This document shows, piece after piece, positions 51,377-61,262 of a stretch of 64,000 nucleotides of DNA. The DNA is from Candidatus Kaiserbacteria bacterium. Its GTDB lineage: Bacteria > Patescibacteriota > Minisyncoccia > Phycocordibacterales > Phycocordibacteraceae. Under the pieces are notes generated by a model. The model did not search any database. It worked only from the letters and a program-made list of their open reading frames with translations, and had not been told where the DNA came from. Made by a program: the position numbers and the translations under genes. Numbering within the stretch: the stretch's first letter is position 1; each line of letters begins with the position of its first letter. The DNA lies in NCBI GenBank assembly GCA_016182485.1, contig JACPGH010000003.1:6331-70330 (forward strand). Direction: 5' to 3'.

Positions 51377-52678
51377 CTATTTCTTAAGCGCGATAATAAG
51401 GTCCGATACATTGGTTCCAGTATACTCGGTGATGAGCGCATCCCCGGTGCTCCGGAAGAAATCGTAGGAACGGTGGCCCTCTAAGTAGTCCGTTATGGAA
51501 AGTTTATTCTCCTCGGCGTGCGCGCGGGAGAGCGCGTCGCTTATAGCCCCTGCGGCATCGGTGTTGTCGTGTCCGTCGGAGGCGAAGGGAAGAAAGAGCT
51601 CTCCTTCCCGCATATCTCTCAGCGCGGCAAGCGCCATTTCCTGATTACGCCCTCCAGTGCCAGAAGAATTTCCGAGGGTTACAGTGCTCTCTCCCGCGAA
51701 GAGAAGGGCGCTCCCGGGAGGGGAATCATGTAGCTTCGCGCCGATCGCGCGCCCGATCTCGCGCGCTTCTCCGGAAAATCGGTCATCAGCTATGGCCGGC
51801 TGATATCCGCGATCCACTGCTTCTGCGCGCATAGCATCGAGAGCGCTCTGGCTGGTCAGGAAGAGGATATTCCGCACGCGCTCGAAGTACGTTTCTTCTT
51901 TGGGCGTCTCGAGAAGCTGAATATTCGATATACCGTAGGTATCCAAAACGTGTCGCGCGTCTTCAATTGTCGATGAATCGCGGATCGTGGGTCCGGACGC
52001 GATGAGACGCACGTCATCTCCCGGCACATCAGAGACGATGAATGAGAGGACCTCGGCCGGATAGGCGGCTTTCGCGAGTCCGCCGCCGCGGGCGCGTGAC
52101 AAGTGCTTGCGCACGGTATTGATCTCCGCTATCGTCGCACCTTTTTTTGTGAGCTCTTTGAAGATCGCGCTCTCTTCAAGACAGGTCATAGGAGCTTCGG
52201 TCCGGCACAAGAGCGTGGACCCGCCGCCCGAAATGAGCATCAGCACGATGTCGGACTCGCCGCGCTCTTCGAGGAATGCGAGTATGCGGTCGGTCGCGCG
52301 CTCGTTCGCTTCGCTCGGCAGGGGATGCGTGCCGACGTAGGGTTCTATCTTCCTGCTGCCGCCCCGATCGCGCGCAGAAACATCTAAGGCGACGCCTCCG
52401 GTCAGGCGGTCGCCAAGAATTTGCTCAATTGCAGCGGCCGCAGCGAACGCGCATTTGCCGATGCCGACGAAAAAGACATTCCGTCCCCGGATCGAATAGG
52501 CGGTATCCTTCTGTGAAGGTCTGACCTTCACAAGCAATTCGTCCTGCTCGATACGGAGATTGTGGGTGAGCGCGGCGCCGACGTCGAGCGCGGCGTAGCC
52601 GGCTTCCGCGATCGATAGCGCGTCGATGCGCAGATCGGAGAGCGCGAGCGCGTCAAAGTTCCGTATCACGCGGCTCAT
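51377..52678 (-). CDS. Glycerate 2-kinase (MOFRL/TtuD family)
   Basis: GIGK, THPLP, ISGGGSTL, VSDVPGD, IASGPT, GGRNQE, TGTNVSD. Confidence 0.92.
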   Translation of the reverse strand: MSRVIRNFDALALSDLRIDALSIAEAGYAALDVGAALTHNLRIEQDELLVKVRPSQKDTAYSIRGRNVFFVGIGKCAFAAAAAIEQILGDRLTGGVALDVSARDRGGSRKIEPYVGTHPLPSEANERATDRILAFLEERGESDIVLMLISGGGSTLLCRTEAPMTCLEESAIFKELTKKGATIAEINTVRKHLSRARGGGLAKAAYPAEVLSFIVSDVPGDDVRLIASGPTIRDSSTIEDARHVLDTYGISNIQLLETPKEETYFERVRNILFLTSQSALDAMRAEAVDRGYQPAIADDRFSGEAREIGRAIGAKLHDSPPGSALLFAGESTVTLGNSSGTGGRNQEMALAALRDMREGELFLPFASDGHDNTDAAGAISDALSRAHAEENKLSITDYLEGHRSYDFFRSTGDALITEYTGTNVSDLIIALKK

Positions 52679-53208
52679 CGTTTCGAAGAGCGGGCTTCGC
52701 GGGAGAAGAAAGGCCGGACGTAATAATCAAGTCCCCAGTATCCTGCGACTCGATGCGCGAGCATGACGGCGAGCGCGAGGACGAGCAGAACGGGATTGGT
52801 GCTTACCGTCCCGGCCAAGAGATAATTCATATTCATAAAGAAGCCGAAGAAGGCGGCGAGGCCGGTAAAGAGCCCGACCAAGAGCCCAACTCCGACTAGA
52901 AGCTCTCCGACCGCGACGATGTTTGACCATATCGTGGCGTTCGGCAAGACAACACCGCGCAAGAATTCCGCGTACCACCATGACACGTCCGGATGAGCCC
53001 CGCCTGTTTTCGCGAGCGCGCCTTTTACGAAGCCGGACACGGCCGCGCCTGCGCCCGGGCCGACCCATACGGGATTCATCACTTTCTCCCACCCCGCTAT
53101 GAGCCATTCGTAGCCGAGATAGAGCCGAACGAGAAGCCAGAGCGGCGCGCTTGCCGTGTCTGCCGTTAAAAAGCGCGTAACCGCGTAAGGTTTAGAAGTG
53201 TAGATCAT
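52675..53208 (-). CDS. DoxX family membrane protein
   Basis: VRLYLGYEWLIAGWEK, GELLVG, MNMNYLLAGTVSTNP. Confidence 0.88.
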   Translation of the reverse strand: MIYTSKPYAVTRFLTADTASAPLWLLVRLYLGYEWLIAGWEKVMNPVWVGPGAGAAVSGFVKGALAKTGGAHPDVSWWYAEFLRGVVLPNATIWSNIVAVGELLVGVGLLVGLFTGLAAFFGFFMNMNYLLAGTVSTNPVLLVLALAVMLAHRVAGYWGLDYYVRPFFSREARSSKR

Positions 53209-53307
53209 GCTTATAGTGTAGAAGAAGAGGCCATTAAATAAAGCGGCCGCTGGGGAGTACTTCCTTATCAACAGTTGCGGATGGCCAACCTTGCGCAGTA
53301 GAATGGC

Positions 53308-53631
53308 GCCAGAAGTCAATCTTCGGCCTTGAGGAGGAACTGCGATCATATCCGTTATCGTAGTCCTCGTAGTGGTCTGGCAGTGGAAGGCGCAAGACCC
53401 AATGCACCGGTTCGATCGATCAATCGGATCGCCCCGTCTCTTCAAAGCGCGCAGGGTTCGGCGCTGGCGGCCGCAGAACACGCGGCGCCCCGTGCGCGTA
53501 TAGAGCGATTCAGGCTATGCGCGCACAGAGAGGAGGTGATCCAGTCTGATCCGGGCCGAAGCCTGGCCCGACCAGAGGGGAGGTGGTGTTCATTCGAGAG
53601 CCGTGGGGAAACCCGCGGCTCTGACATTTTT
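53308..53631 (+). ncRNA. Candidate structured ncRNA with 16S-3'-end-complementary motif
   Basis: Possible promoter TTGCGG-18-TAGAAT; stems 53492-503/53515-26 and cgggcc/ggcccg; AGGAGGTGATCCAG at 53531-44; terminator hairpin 53597-622 with T run. Confidence 0.5.
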
Positions 53632-53680
53632 CACACCGGCGCTGCATAGTATGGATTTATGTGTTATAGTCAGTTACGCA

Positions 53681-55231
53681 ATGCAGCCCCGCCGCCTCTC
53701 TGCCGGAAAACAGAAATTCCTGCCGCACCGACCCCTTGTAGCGTCCTCCGCTTTTATTGCGAAGCTGCGCACGAACGAAAGCGCGGATTGGGCACGCGCA
53801 ACGGGAGCGGCCATACTCAGATATTTTAAGGATGCCTGCGCCCGCGTTCCGGCATACCGGCAATTCTTGAAAAGTCTCGGTGTCGAACCATCCTCGATCA
53901 AAACCGCTAAAGATATCGGGCGCATCCCGCCGATCACTAAAGAGAATTATTTGCGCGCGAATCCTTGGAACAAACTCTGCAGAGCCGGGACCCTCGCACA
54001 CGAATCTTTGGTTCTTACCGCTACGTCCGGCTCGACCGGCCAGCCTTTTTACATTCCGCGCACGGATGACATTCACGAGGCCTCGATGGTCTATCACCGG
54101 CTTTTTCTCGAACGCAGCGGCCTCGACCGCGCCAAGCCGACGCTCGTCATAGTCGGATTCGGCATGGGCGTATGGATCGGCGGCATTCTTACCTATGAAG
54201 CCTTTCGCCGCATCTCGCAGGGCGGCTGGCCGCTTACGCTCATTACGCCGGGCGTGAATAAGAAAGAGATCTTCGAAGCGCTGACGCATATCGCGTCCTC
54301 ATACGAGCAGATCATCCTGTGCGGATATCCTCCTTTCATAAAAGATGTGATCGACGAGGCCCCCGACCAAGGGATCGAGTGGAAGCGATGGGATATGCGC
54401 ATCGTTTGCGCCGCGGAAGCTTTCTCGGAGCATTTCCGCGAATATCTGATGCAAAAGACCGGCATGAAAGATCCGTTCCGCAGCGTTATGAATATTTACG
54501 GCAGCGCGGAGCTCGGCTCCATGGCGACCGAGACGCCTCTCTCGATACTGTTGCGCCGGCTGGCCGTGGCGAATGAAGCGCTCTATCGGAAGCTTTTCAG
54601 CGAGGCGCACCGTTTGCCGACCTTAGCACAGTTCATTCCCGACTTCATTTCGTTTGAAGCGGGGAAGGGCGGCGAAATATATGCGACCGGCGGCGCTGCT
54701 CTGCCCTTCATCAGATATGATATCGGCGATCAGGGCGGTGTTTTCACTTATCGGGACGCGGCGCGCGCGTGCGCGGACATTGGCATTGATCTCTCTGCCG
54801 AGACAAAGCGCGCAGGCATCAATGAGACGGTCATGGAACTCCCGTTCGTCTATCTTTATGAGCGCAAAGATCTCTCGACCAAACTGTACGGCGCGATAAT
54901 TTTCCCCGAGCATGTGAAGATCGGTCTACAGAATCCGGCACTGGAGAAATTCATCACCGGCCGCTTCACTATGACGACCGAGCATGATGCTCAACACAAC
55001 GAATATCTCGAAGTTAATGTCGAGCTCAAGCACGGCGTAAAGAACGGAGAGGCGATACGCGCGGCGCTTGTCGGGAGCGTTATGAAAAGCCTATGCGCCT
55101 CGAGCGGCGAATATAAAAACAATGTCACGAATATGGGAGAGCGCGTTGCGCCGCGCATCGTCTTCTGGCCGCACGAAGACCGGAAATATTTCCCGCCGGG
55201 CATCAAGCAGAAGTGGGTCATCCGCACATGA
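53681..55231 (+). CDS. Phenylacetate-CoA ligase (PaaK)-like adenylate-forming enzyme
   Basis: RVPAYR, TSGSTGQP, GYPPF, YGSAE, PFIRYDIGD. Confidence 0.85.
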   Translation: MQPRRLSAGKQKFLPHRPLVASSAFIAKLRTNESADWARATGAAILRYFKDACARVPAYRQFLKSLGVEPSSIKTAKDIGRIPPITKENYLRANPWNKLCRAGTLAHESLVLTATSGSTGQPFYIPRTDDIHEASMVYHRLFLERSGLDRAKPTLVIVGFGMGVWIGGILTYEAFRRISQGGWPLTLITPGVNKKEIFEALTHIASSYEQIILCGYPPFIKDVIDEAPDQGIEWKRWDMRIVCAAEAFSEHFREYLMQKTGMKDPFRSVMNIYGSAELGSMATETPLSILLRRLAVANEALYRKLFSEAHRLPTLAQFIPDFISFEAGKGGEIYATGGAALPFIRYDIGDQGGVFTYRDAARACADIGIDLSAETKRAGINETVMELPFVYLYERKDLSTKLYGAIIFPEHVKIGLQNPALEKFITGRFTMTTEHDAQHNEYLEVNVELKHGVKNGEAIRAALVGSVMKSLCASSGEYKNNVTNMGERVAPRIVFWPHEDRKYFPPGIKQKWVIRT

Positions 55232-55261
55232 GTCTGCGAGCCGCATGCTAGCATATCGGTT

Positions 55262-56437
55262 ATGGAAAAATCTTTAAGCCTGCTGCGTCACAAGAAGATC
55301 GCGTCGAAGCCGTTACTGCTCGACCTGTCACTTCCCAAAGATCGAGATCGTTTTGAAACTCTGGTCGTTGAAGGAGAGGTCAGGCAAATCTCGGACGATT
55401 TCGAAGAAGAGCAGCGCGAGCTCTTCGGCATCCGGAATCCTTCACGCGTGTACGCTCCGGGGTTTGAAGAAGAATTCAAGAAATACTACAAATCGCTGTC
55501 GCAAGAGAAGCCCCTTTGGGAGCATGGCAGGTGGGCCTACTTTTCCTGGCGGTATCTCGCCGCGCACATCTTGCCTGAAGAGGAGTATCGTCTGGTCCGC
55601 ACGGCGCGTAATCAGAATCTTATTACCAAAGAAGAGCAGGAGAAGTTCTATAACGCGACTATAGGTATCGCGGGGCTCTCGGTCGGCTCTTCGGTCGCAT
55701 TCGCTATCGCGCTCGGCGGCGGCGGCAAGCGCATGAAGCTCGCCGATATGGACCGGTTGGCGCTTTCCAATACCAATCGTATTCTCGCCGGCGCCGACCG
55801 GCTCGGGATGCTGAAGGTAGAGATGGCCGCGCGCACGATCTACGAGATCAATCCGTATGCCGAGCTCGAGCTGCATCCGGAAGGTCTAACATCGGAAAAT
55901 ATCGAAGCTTTTTTCGAAGGACTTGATATCGTTGTGGACGAGATTGATAACTTGGCAGTGAAGTATCTTATCCGCGAGCAGGCAAAGAAGCGAAAGATTG
56001 CGGTCGTTATGGCCGCGGACAACGGTGACAACGCGGTCGTGGACGTCGAACGTTATGATCTTGACCCGCAGCCTGAGTTTTTCCACGGGCGCATGGGAGA
56101 GGTCTCCTACGAGATGCTCAAGGGACTCGATAAATTCGGCATCGGGAAGATGATCACCAAACACGTCGGACCGGAGAATGTCACGGAGCGCATGCAGCAG
56201 TCGCTCACCGAAATGGGGAAGACGATCGTCTCGTGGCCGCAGCTTGGCGGCGCCGCCATGGTAAACGGCGCGGCGGTCGCGTATTGCGTACGCAAAATTC
56301 TGAACAGGCAGCCGCTCGAATCGAACCGCGCGCTCGTCTCGCTCGATGAAAAGCTCGTGCCCGACTATCACGCGCCCGAGGCCGTCGCGCACCGGCAGCA
56401 AATCTCCGCGGATTTCGCAAGAGGTTTCGGGCTATGA
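55262..56437 (+). CDS. ThiF/E1-like adenylyltransferase (Rv1355c N-terminal-like)
   Basis: RWAYFSW, RTARNQNLIT, IAGLSVG, LADMD, SNTNR, DVERYD, SWPQL. Confidence 0.85.
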   Translation: MEKSLSLLRHKKIASKPLLLDLSLPKDRDRFETLVVEGEVRQISDDFEEEQRELFGIRNPSRVYAPGFEEEFKKYYKSLSQEKPLWEHGRWAYFSWRYLAAHILPEEEYRLVRTARNQNLITKEEQEKFYNATIGIAGLSVGSSVAFAIALGGGGKRMKLADMDRLALSNTNRILAGADRLGMLKVEMAARTIYEINPYAELELHPEGLTSENIEAFFEGLDIVVDEIDNLAVKYLIREQAKKRKIAVVMAADNGDNAVVDVERYDLDPQPEFFHGRMGEVSYEMLKGLDKFGIGKMITKHVGPENVTERMQQSLTEMGKTIVSWPQLGGAAMVNGAAVAYCVRKILNRQPLESNRALVSLDEKLVPDYHAPEAVAHRQQISADFARGFGL

Positions 56438-56468
56438 TTGGCTTTCAAGTCTATTCCCGTGGGGAACG

Positions 56469-58283
56469 ATGAGTACGGAATACATCATAAGAGACTTCTT
56501 GGAAGTCAGATCTGCTGGAGGCGCGAGTTTTAGTCCTGACGGTACGCGGGTTGCGTATCAGAGTAACGTTACTGGCACATCCCAAGTTTTTCTTGTGCCT
56601 GCTGAAGGAGGAGAGCCCGAACAGCTTACAGATTTTCAAGACTCAGTTTCTTTCGCGCGGTTCTCTCCGACTGAGGATGTGCTCATCTTTGGGAAGGCCG
56701 AAGGCGGCAACGAGCAGACGCAATTGTATTTGCTAGATCTCGCTACCCGGCAAATCACCGAAATCACCGCAAGGCCCAATGTAAGGCATGACTTTGGAGG
56801 ATGGTCCCGAGACGGGAAGAGCATATGTTTCGCTTCGAATGAAAGAAATGGGAAGGATTTCGACGTGTACGTCATGGATATTAATACGCTCGAAACGCGC
56901 TGCATCTTCGATGGGGGAGAATGGTGCGCCGCAGAAGGATTCTCTCCACAGGCCACATACGTAGTTGTACGGAAGAAGCATTCAAATTCGAATACGGACT
57001 TGTATCTTTGCCATCTTGAGACAGGCACTGTCGACCACATCACTCCGCATGATGGGAATGTATTTTACGCAGGATCGTTTTGGCTCCCCGATGAATCCGC
57101 TTTCTTTTTTGTGCAGGATCACGCTAGAGAATTCAAGGGTCTTGCTCGCTATTCGCTCGCTGAAAGGAAATCCCAATATGTCCTTTCTCCGGATTGGGAC
57201 GTCGAAGGTGTCGCCATAGATCGGATCGGCAAGAATATCGCTGTCACGGTAAACGAGGATGGATACGAACGGGTGACTATATATGACGCAATAAGATTCG
57301 AGCCTCGCCCGTATCATCTGCCCGCAGGCAATGTCTACCAGACCAGATTTTCTGAAAGCGGTTCGCAAATCGCGTTTAGTTTAGGCGACTCGCGCCGAAC
57401 GTCGGACGTATGGATACATAGCTTGGAAACAGGAGAATCACGTCAGCTCACGCATAGTCGCCAGGGCGTTCCGCCTGAAGCGATGGTTGAGCCAGAACTC
57501 ATCCGCTTCGCGTCTTTCGACGGGCTCCCAGTCCCAGCTTTCGTTTACAGGCCGAAGGGAATCAAGCCTGGAATGAAGGTTCCGGTGGTTATTAATATCC
57601 ATGGCGGTCCCGAAGAGCAGTATCAGCCGGCATATCACCCAGTGATGCAGTACCTGGTGCACAGCGGATATACGGTGATCGCGCCGAACGTGCGAGGCAG
57701 TTCGGGCTACGGGAAGTCATATATGGCGCTCGATGATGTGGAGAAACGTCTGGATTCGGTGAAGGATGTCATTGCGCTGCGGGAATATGTTACGGGCATA
57801 TCTGATATGGATACCAAGAAGATAGCCTTGTATGGAGCAAGCTACGGCGGATTTATGGTTCTCGCATGCATGGCGTTCTATCCGCGACTCTGGGCTGCGG
57901 GAGTGAATATAGTAGGCATCGTAAATTTTGTCACCTTCCTTGAGAACACGGCCGTATATCGCCGAGCCCTGCGGGAAGCCGAATACGGCTCGTTAGAAAA
58001 CGATAGGGAGCTTTTAAGAAAAATCTCTCCTATACACTCGATCGAGAAAATTGAAGTGCCATTATTATTAATACATGGCGAGAATGATCCGAGGGTCCCG
58101 CTTTCCGAGGCAAAGCAAGTGGTTGAAAGACTTAAGGAGGCTGGAAGGCACGTTGAATTGCTTACCTATCCGGATGAGGGGCACGGAATCGTTAAGCTCC
58201 AGAACAGGCTTGATGCGTATCCAAAGGCCGTCGAGTTCTTAAATAAGGCGCTGGCATATCAACCAAGCAATGAGACCAGATAG
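56469..58283 (+). CDS. S9 family prolyl oligopeptidase/acylaminoacyl peptidase
   Basis: Beta-propeller repeats; IHGGP, GASYGG, NDPRV, DEGHG triad. Confidence 0.95.
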   Translation: MSTEYIIRDFLEVRSAGGASFSPDGTRVAYQSNVTGTSQVFLVPAEGGEPEQLTDFQDSVSFARFSPTEDVLIFGKAEGGNEQTQLYLLDLATRQITEITARPNVRHDFGGWSRDGKSICFASNERNGKDFDVYVMDINTLETRCIFDGGEWCAAEGFSPQATYVVVRKKHSNSNTDLYLCHLETGTVDHITPHDGNVFYAGSFWLPDESAFFFVQDHAREFKGLARYSLAERKSQYVLSPDWDVEGVAIDRIGKNIAVTVNEDGYERVTIYDAIRFEPRPYHLPAGNVYQTRFSESGSQIAFSLGDSRRTSDVWIHSLETGESRQLTHSRQGVPPEAMVEPELIRFASFDGLPVPAFVYRPKGIKPGMKVPVVINIHGGPEEQYQPAYHPVMQYLVHSGYTVIAPNVRGSSGYGKSYMALDDVEKRLDSVKDVIALREYVTGISDMDTKKIALYGASYGGFMVLACMAFYPRLWAAGVNIVGIVNFVTFLENTAVYRRALREAEYGSLENDRELLRKISPIHSIEKIEVPLLLIHGENDPRVPLSEAKQVVERLKEAGRHVELLTYPDEGHGIVKLQNRLDAYPKAVEFLNKALAYQPSNETR

Positions 58284-58329
58284 GAATCATATCGAATCTC
58301 TACGTTTTCTTATCATGTAAGATTCACTC

Positions 58330-59415
58330 ATGATCCACGGCCTATCTTCTGAATTAGAACGAATCTTGGCAGCGGGGAATAGTGCGCCTTCAGGCGAGAA
58401 CTGCCAGCCATGGCGTTTTGTCGTGCGTCCAGGTCTTAGTGAAATTGAAATCCATCTTCTGCCCGAGCGCGACCAGTCGCCCTATAGCTGGGGCCAGCGC
58501 GCTTCCTATCTCGCGAACGGAGCGGCGATAGAGAATATGGCCATAGCCGCTTCAAGCGAAGGGTATCGAACCGAAGTGCGGTATTTCCCTCGGGAGGAGG
58601 ATGAATGGCACGTCGCAACGCTGGCGCTCGCAAAAGACCCGACCATTAAACCTGACGCGCTCGCTTCATTCATTGGGACGCGCGTCTCGAATCGGAAAGT
58701 GTACGAGAAGAAACCTCTCGCGCGCGAGGAGCGTGCGGCGTTTCTCGATGCAGCTGCGAACGGGTACGGTGAATTCGCGCTCACCGAGGCGCCTGCAGAC
58801 GTTGAGCGGCTCGGGCGCGTCGGCTCGACAAATGAAGAAGTGATGTTGGCGAATCATTTACTTCACAGCTTCTTCTTTAGTCACGTGAATTGGACCGAGG
58901 CAGAAGATAGGGAGAAAAAAGTCGGTTTTTATATAAAGACGCTCGAGTTGCCGCCGCCAGCGGAGGCGATGTTCAAACTTTTCAGGCATTGGACGATCAT
59001 GCGCATTTTCAATGCGCTCGGATTCAATCGCCTCGTAGCGAAACAAAATGCCGCGGTGAATGCCGCTGCCTCGGCGATGGGCGCTCTCATGCTTGCCGAG
59101 ACCGATCCGCTCGATTTCGTAAAGGCAGGCCGGACTATAGAGCGGCTGTGGCTCACCGCTACCGCTCTCGGACTCTCTCTTCAACCGCTCACTGGCATCC
59201 TCTTCTTTAAATTAAAGCTCGATGCGGGCGAACACGCCGTCTTCTCGCCAGTTCAGCAAAAGCGCATATCCGACGCGTACCAGGACGTTGCCCGTATATT
59301 CAGCGCAGATGGAAAGCACATCGCCTTTATGGTCCGCCTAGGCCGCGGGGCCGCACCCTCGGCTCAGGCAATCCGCTTCCCGCTCGCGGAAGTCGTAGAT
59401 ATTCCAAGTAAATGA
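58330..59415 (+). CDS. Nitroreductase-fold (Acg/Rv1355c C-terminal-like) protein
   Basis: APSGENCQPWRF, GAAIEN, RVSNRK, GRTIERLWLTATALGLSLQP. Confidence 0.85.
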   Translation: MIHGLSSELERILAAGNSAPSGENCQPWRFVVRPGLSEIEIHLLPERDQSPYSWGQRASYLANGAAIENMAIAASSEGYRTEVRYFPREEDEWHVATLALAKDPTIKPDALASFIGTRVSNRKVYEKKPLAREERAAFLDAAANGYGEFALTEAPADVERLGRVGSTNEEVMLANHLLHSFFFSHVNWTEAEDREKKVGFYIKTLELPPPAEAMFKLFRHWTIMRIFNALGFNRLVAKQNAAVNAAASAMGALMLAETDPLDFVKAGRTIERLWLTATALGLSLQPLTGILFFKLKLDAGEHAVFSPVQQKRISDAYQDVARIFSADGKHIAFMVRLGRGAAPSAQAIRFPLAEVVDIPSK

Positions 59416-59416
59416 C

Positions 59417-60040
59417 GTGACAAATATTTTCCCTAAAATTAATATCAAATATAACCGATTCCTGGATCCGATCTTTATTTTCTACTGTCAGAACAACCCA
59501 GAACTAAAGGAGCGCGGATGGAATGACTGGAAACCACCAGAAGCACCGGTGGTGTTGGACCGAGTGGAGAAATACAAAGCCGAGTGGGCAAAGGACGGAG
59601 GCGAGATCATCAAGAATGTATGCACCGTGCTCGGGCTCAGTTTTCAACGAAATATCATTGACGTTCATATTGTCAGTGGCTCTTCTCGCGGATTTAGCGA
59701 ACCAATAATACTAAAGAGCGGTTTTTCGCCCAAGGAATTTGTAGATACGCTTGTCCACGAGCTAATACACGCTTTGCTTCAGGATAATATTGAACGGGTA
59801 CCTGTCCGGATCTTATCTGATCTGTTTCCAGACGAATCAACCCTGACGAGAAACCATATAATAACTCACGCTGTCCTCAAGCATGTCTATATCGATATTC
59901 TAAAAGATAAGTCGCGGTTGGCTGAAAATATAGAGAGGTCCTCAAACGCCGATTCGCCGAGCTACAATCGCGCATGGGAGATCGTAGACGAAAGAGGGTA
60001 TCTGCACTTAATTAACGAGTTTAGAAAAAAGTATCAGTAA
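59417..60040 (+). CDS. Hypothetical protein with HExxH motif
   Basis: LVHELIH; GTG start next to the upstream stop. Confidence 0.65.
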   Translation: MTNIFPKINIKYNRFLDPIFIFYCQNNPELKERGWNDWKPPEAPVVLDRVEKYKAEWAKDGGEIIKNVCTVLGLSFQRNIIDVHIVSGSSRGFSEPIILKSGFSPKEFVDTLVHELIHALLQDNIERVPVRILSDLFPDESTLTRNHIITHAVLKHVYIDILKDKSRLAENIERSSNADSPSYNRAWEIVDERGYLHLINEFRKKYQ

Positions 60041-60749
60041 AATCGGTTTCTGCAATAGAAATGTCTTTCCGGTATACCGCGTTAAATATATTTTTGTTCT
60101 GCTCTCCCGAGAGTTTCCGATTCGTTCTTTTGTATAGTTCTTCGAATTTTGGCCTGCCGAATGTTGAGATCAAGTATGCAGCAAACGCTCCCGCAAGGCT
60201 GTAAAAATAAATCGCACGCTCATCACTCGTCTCCAACCAGGCTTCATGGCGCATGAAGGTCGCGATAGGGGGATATACATTCTTTTCCATACCTCCGCGA
60301 ACATATTCCATATGGGGTTTGCCATCCCACGCATGCCCAACCATCCACTCGGCCAATCCTTCTTGCAGGAATCCTATGGAAAGGCCCCAGGGCAATGATA
60401 GGAGATGCGTATCTTCGTGAGGTCCGATAACGCGATCTTTCTCGGTATACAGAGCATGGATCGAGAAATCTTCATAGATTGACTGCGCGAACCAGGGACT
60501 ACCCATAAGTTGTTCCTTAGTTCTTGAATCCGGGTAGAGGTAATAGAATATCTTTTTCTCAGGGGCGGCCAATCCGAGAAACTGGAGTATCTTACGAAAA
60601 TATTCCTCTTGGACAATGATGATCCGTTCGATTTCTTTTTCTGCAAGACTGTCTTTGAAAAAACAAAATCGATAATGTGTCGAATCCCGTGTTTCCCATG
60701 CCGCGTCCTTGAAGGCAGTGCTATAGCCAGGCAGGTGCTGTTTACCCAT
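60021..60749 (-). CDS. Putative zinc metallopeptidase (gluzincin-like)
   Basis: HEDTH followed by LQEGLAE. Confidence 0.7.
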   Translation of the reverse strand: MGKQHLPGYSTAFKDAAWETRDSTHYRFCFFKDSLAEKEIERIIIVQEEYFRKILQFLGLAAPEKKIFYYLYPDSRTKEQLMGSPWFAQSIYEDFSIHALYTEKDRVIGPHEDTHLLSLPWGLSIGFLQEGLAEWMVGHAWDGKPHMEYVRGGMEKNVYPPIATFMRHEAWLETSDERAIYFYSLAGAFAAYLISTFGRPKFEELYKRTNRKLSGEQNKNIFNAVYRKDISIAETDFTDTFF

Positions 60750-61254
60750 GACCCATTTTGGCCCCGATCTGCAAGGCCCGGCGCATTAGGTGGTCGCCGA
60801 TCTCGCCCCAGTCAAAATATCGCCTGTAATCCTGCGGGTCGATGAGTTTAACTTCGGTAATATCGCCGTCAGGGTCTTGCAGGAAGGGGCCGTAAGGTTC
60901 GACGAGGCAGACGGAACGCGTCTGCGAAACTACCCGGCCGGGCTCGAATATGTCCTGGAAGCCGATAAATCGCTGTTGCAGTACTCGCATATTGGTCTCT
61001 TCTTTTACTTCCCGCTCTACCGCGTCGCGCAGGAGCTCGCCCTCTTCAACGCCGCCACCGGGCAGCGTCCAATAATGTTTGCTCGGCGCGTACACGACTA
61101 CCATTTTGTCCTTGTGGAAGCAATAGGCATGCACGCCGCTGACTCTCCTATGACTTTCAATATCTTCTTCGTTCTCTATGTCTCGATAGATTACCTTTAG
61201 AACTTGGCCCGCCCGGTTTGTCAGTGTGGATTGTATCTCCATAACACTTATCAA
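60742..61254 (-). CDS. NUDIX hydrolase
   Basis: GGGVEEGELLRDAVEREVKEET Nudix box. Confidence 0.92.
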   Translation of the reverse strand: MISVMEIQSTLTNRAGQVLKVIYRDIENEEDIESHRRVSGVHAYCFHKDKMVVVYAPSKHYWTLPGGGVEEGELLRDAVEREVKEETNMRVLQQRFIGFQDIFEPGRVVSQTRSVCLVEPYGPFLQDPDGDITEVKLIDPQDYRRYFDWGEIGDHLMRRALQIGAKMGHG

Positions 61255-61262
61255 TTAGTATC

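Noticed and set aside
53531-53544. 16S rRNA gene on the minus strand
   Set aside because: The match is limited to 14 nt; flanks do not resemble rRNA.
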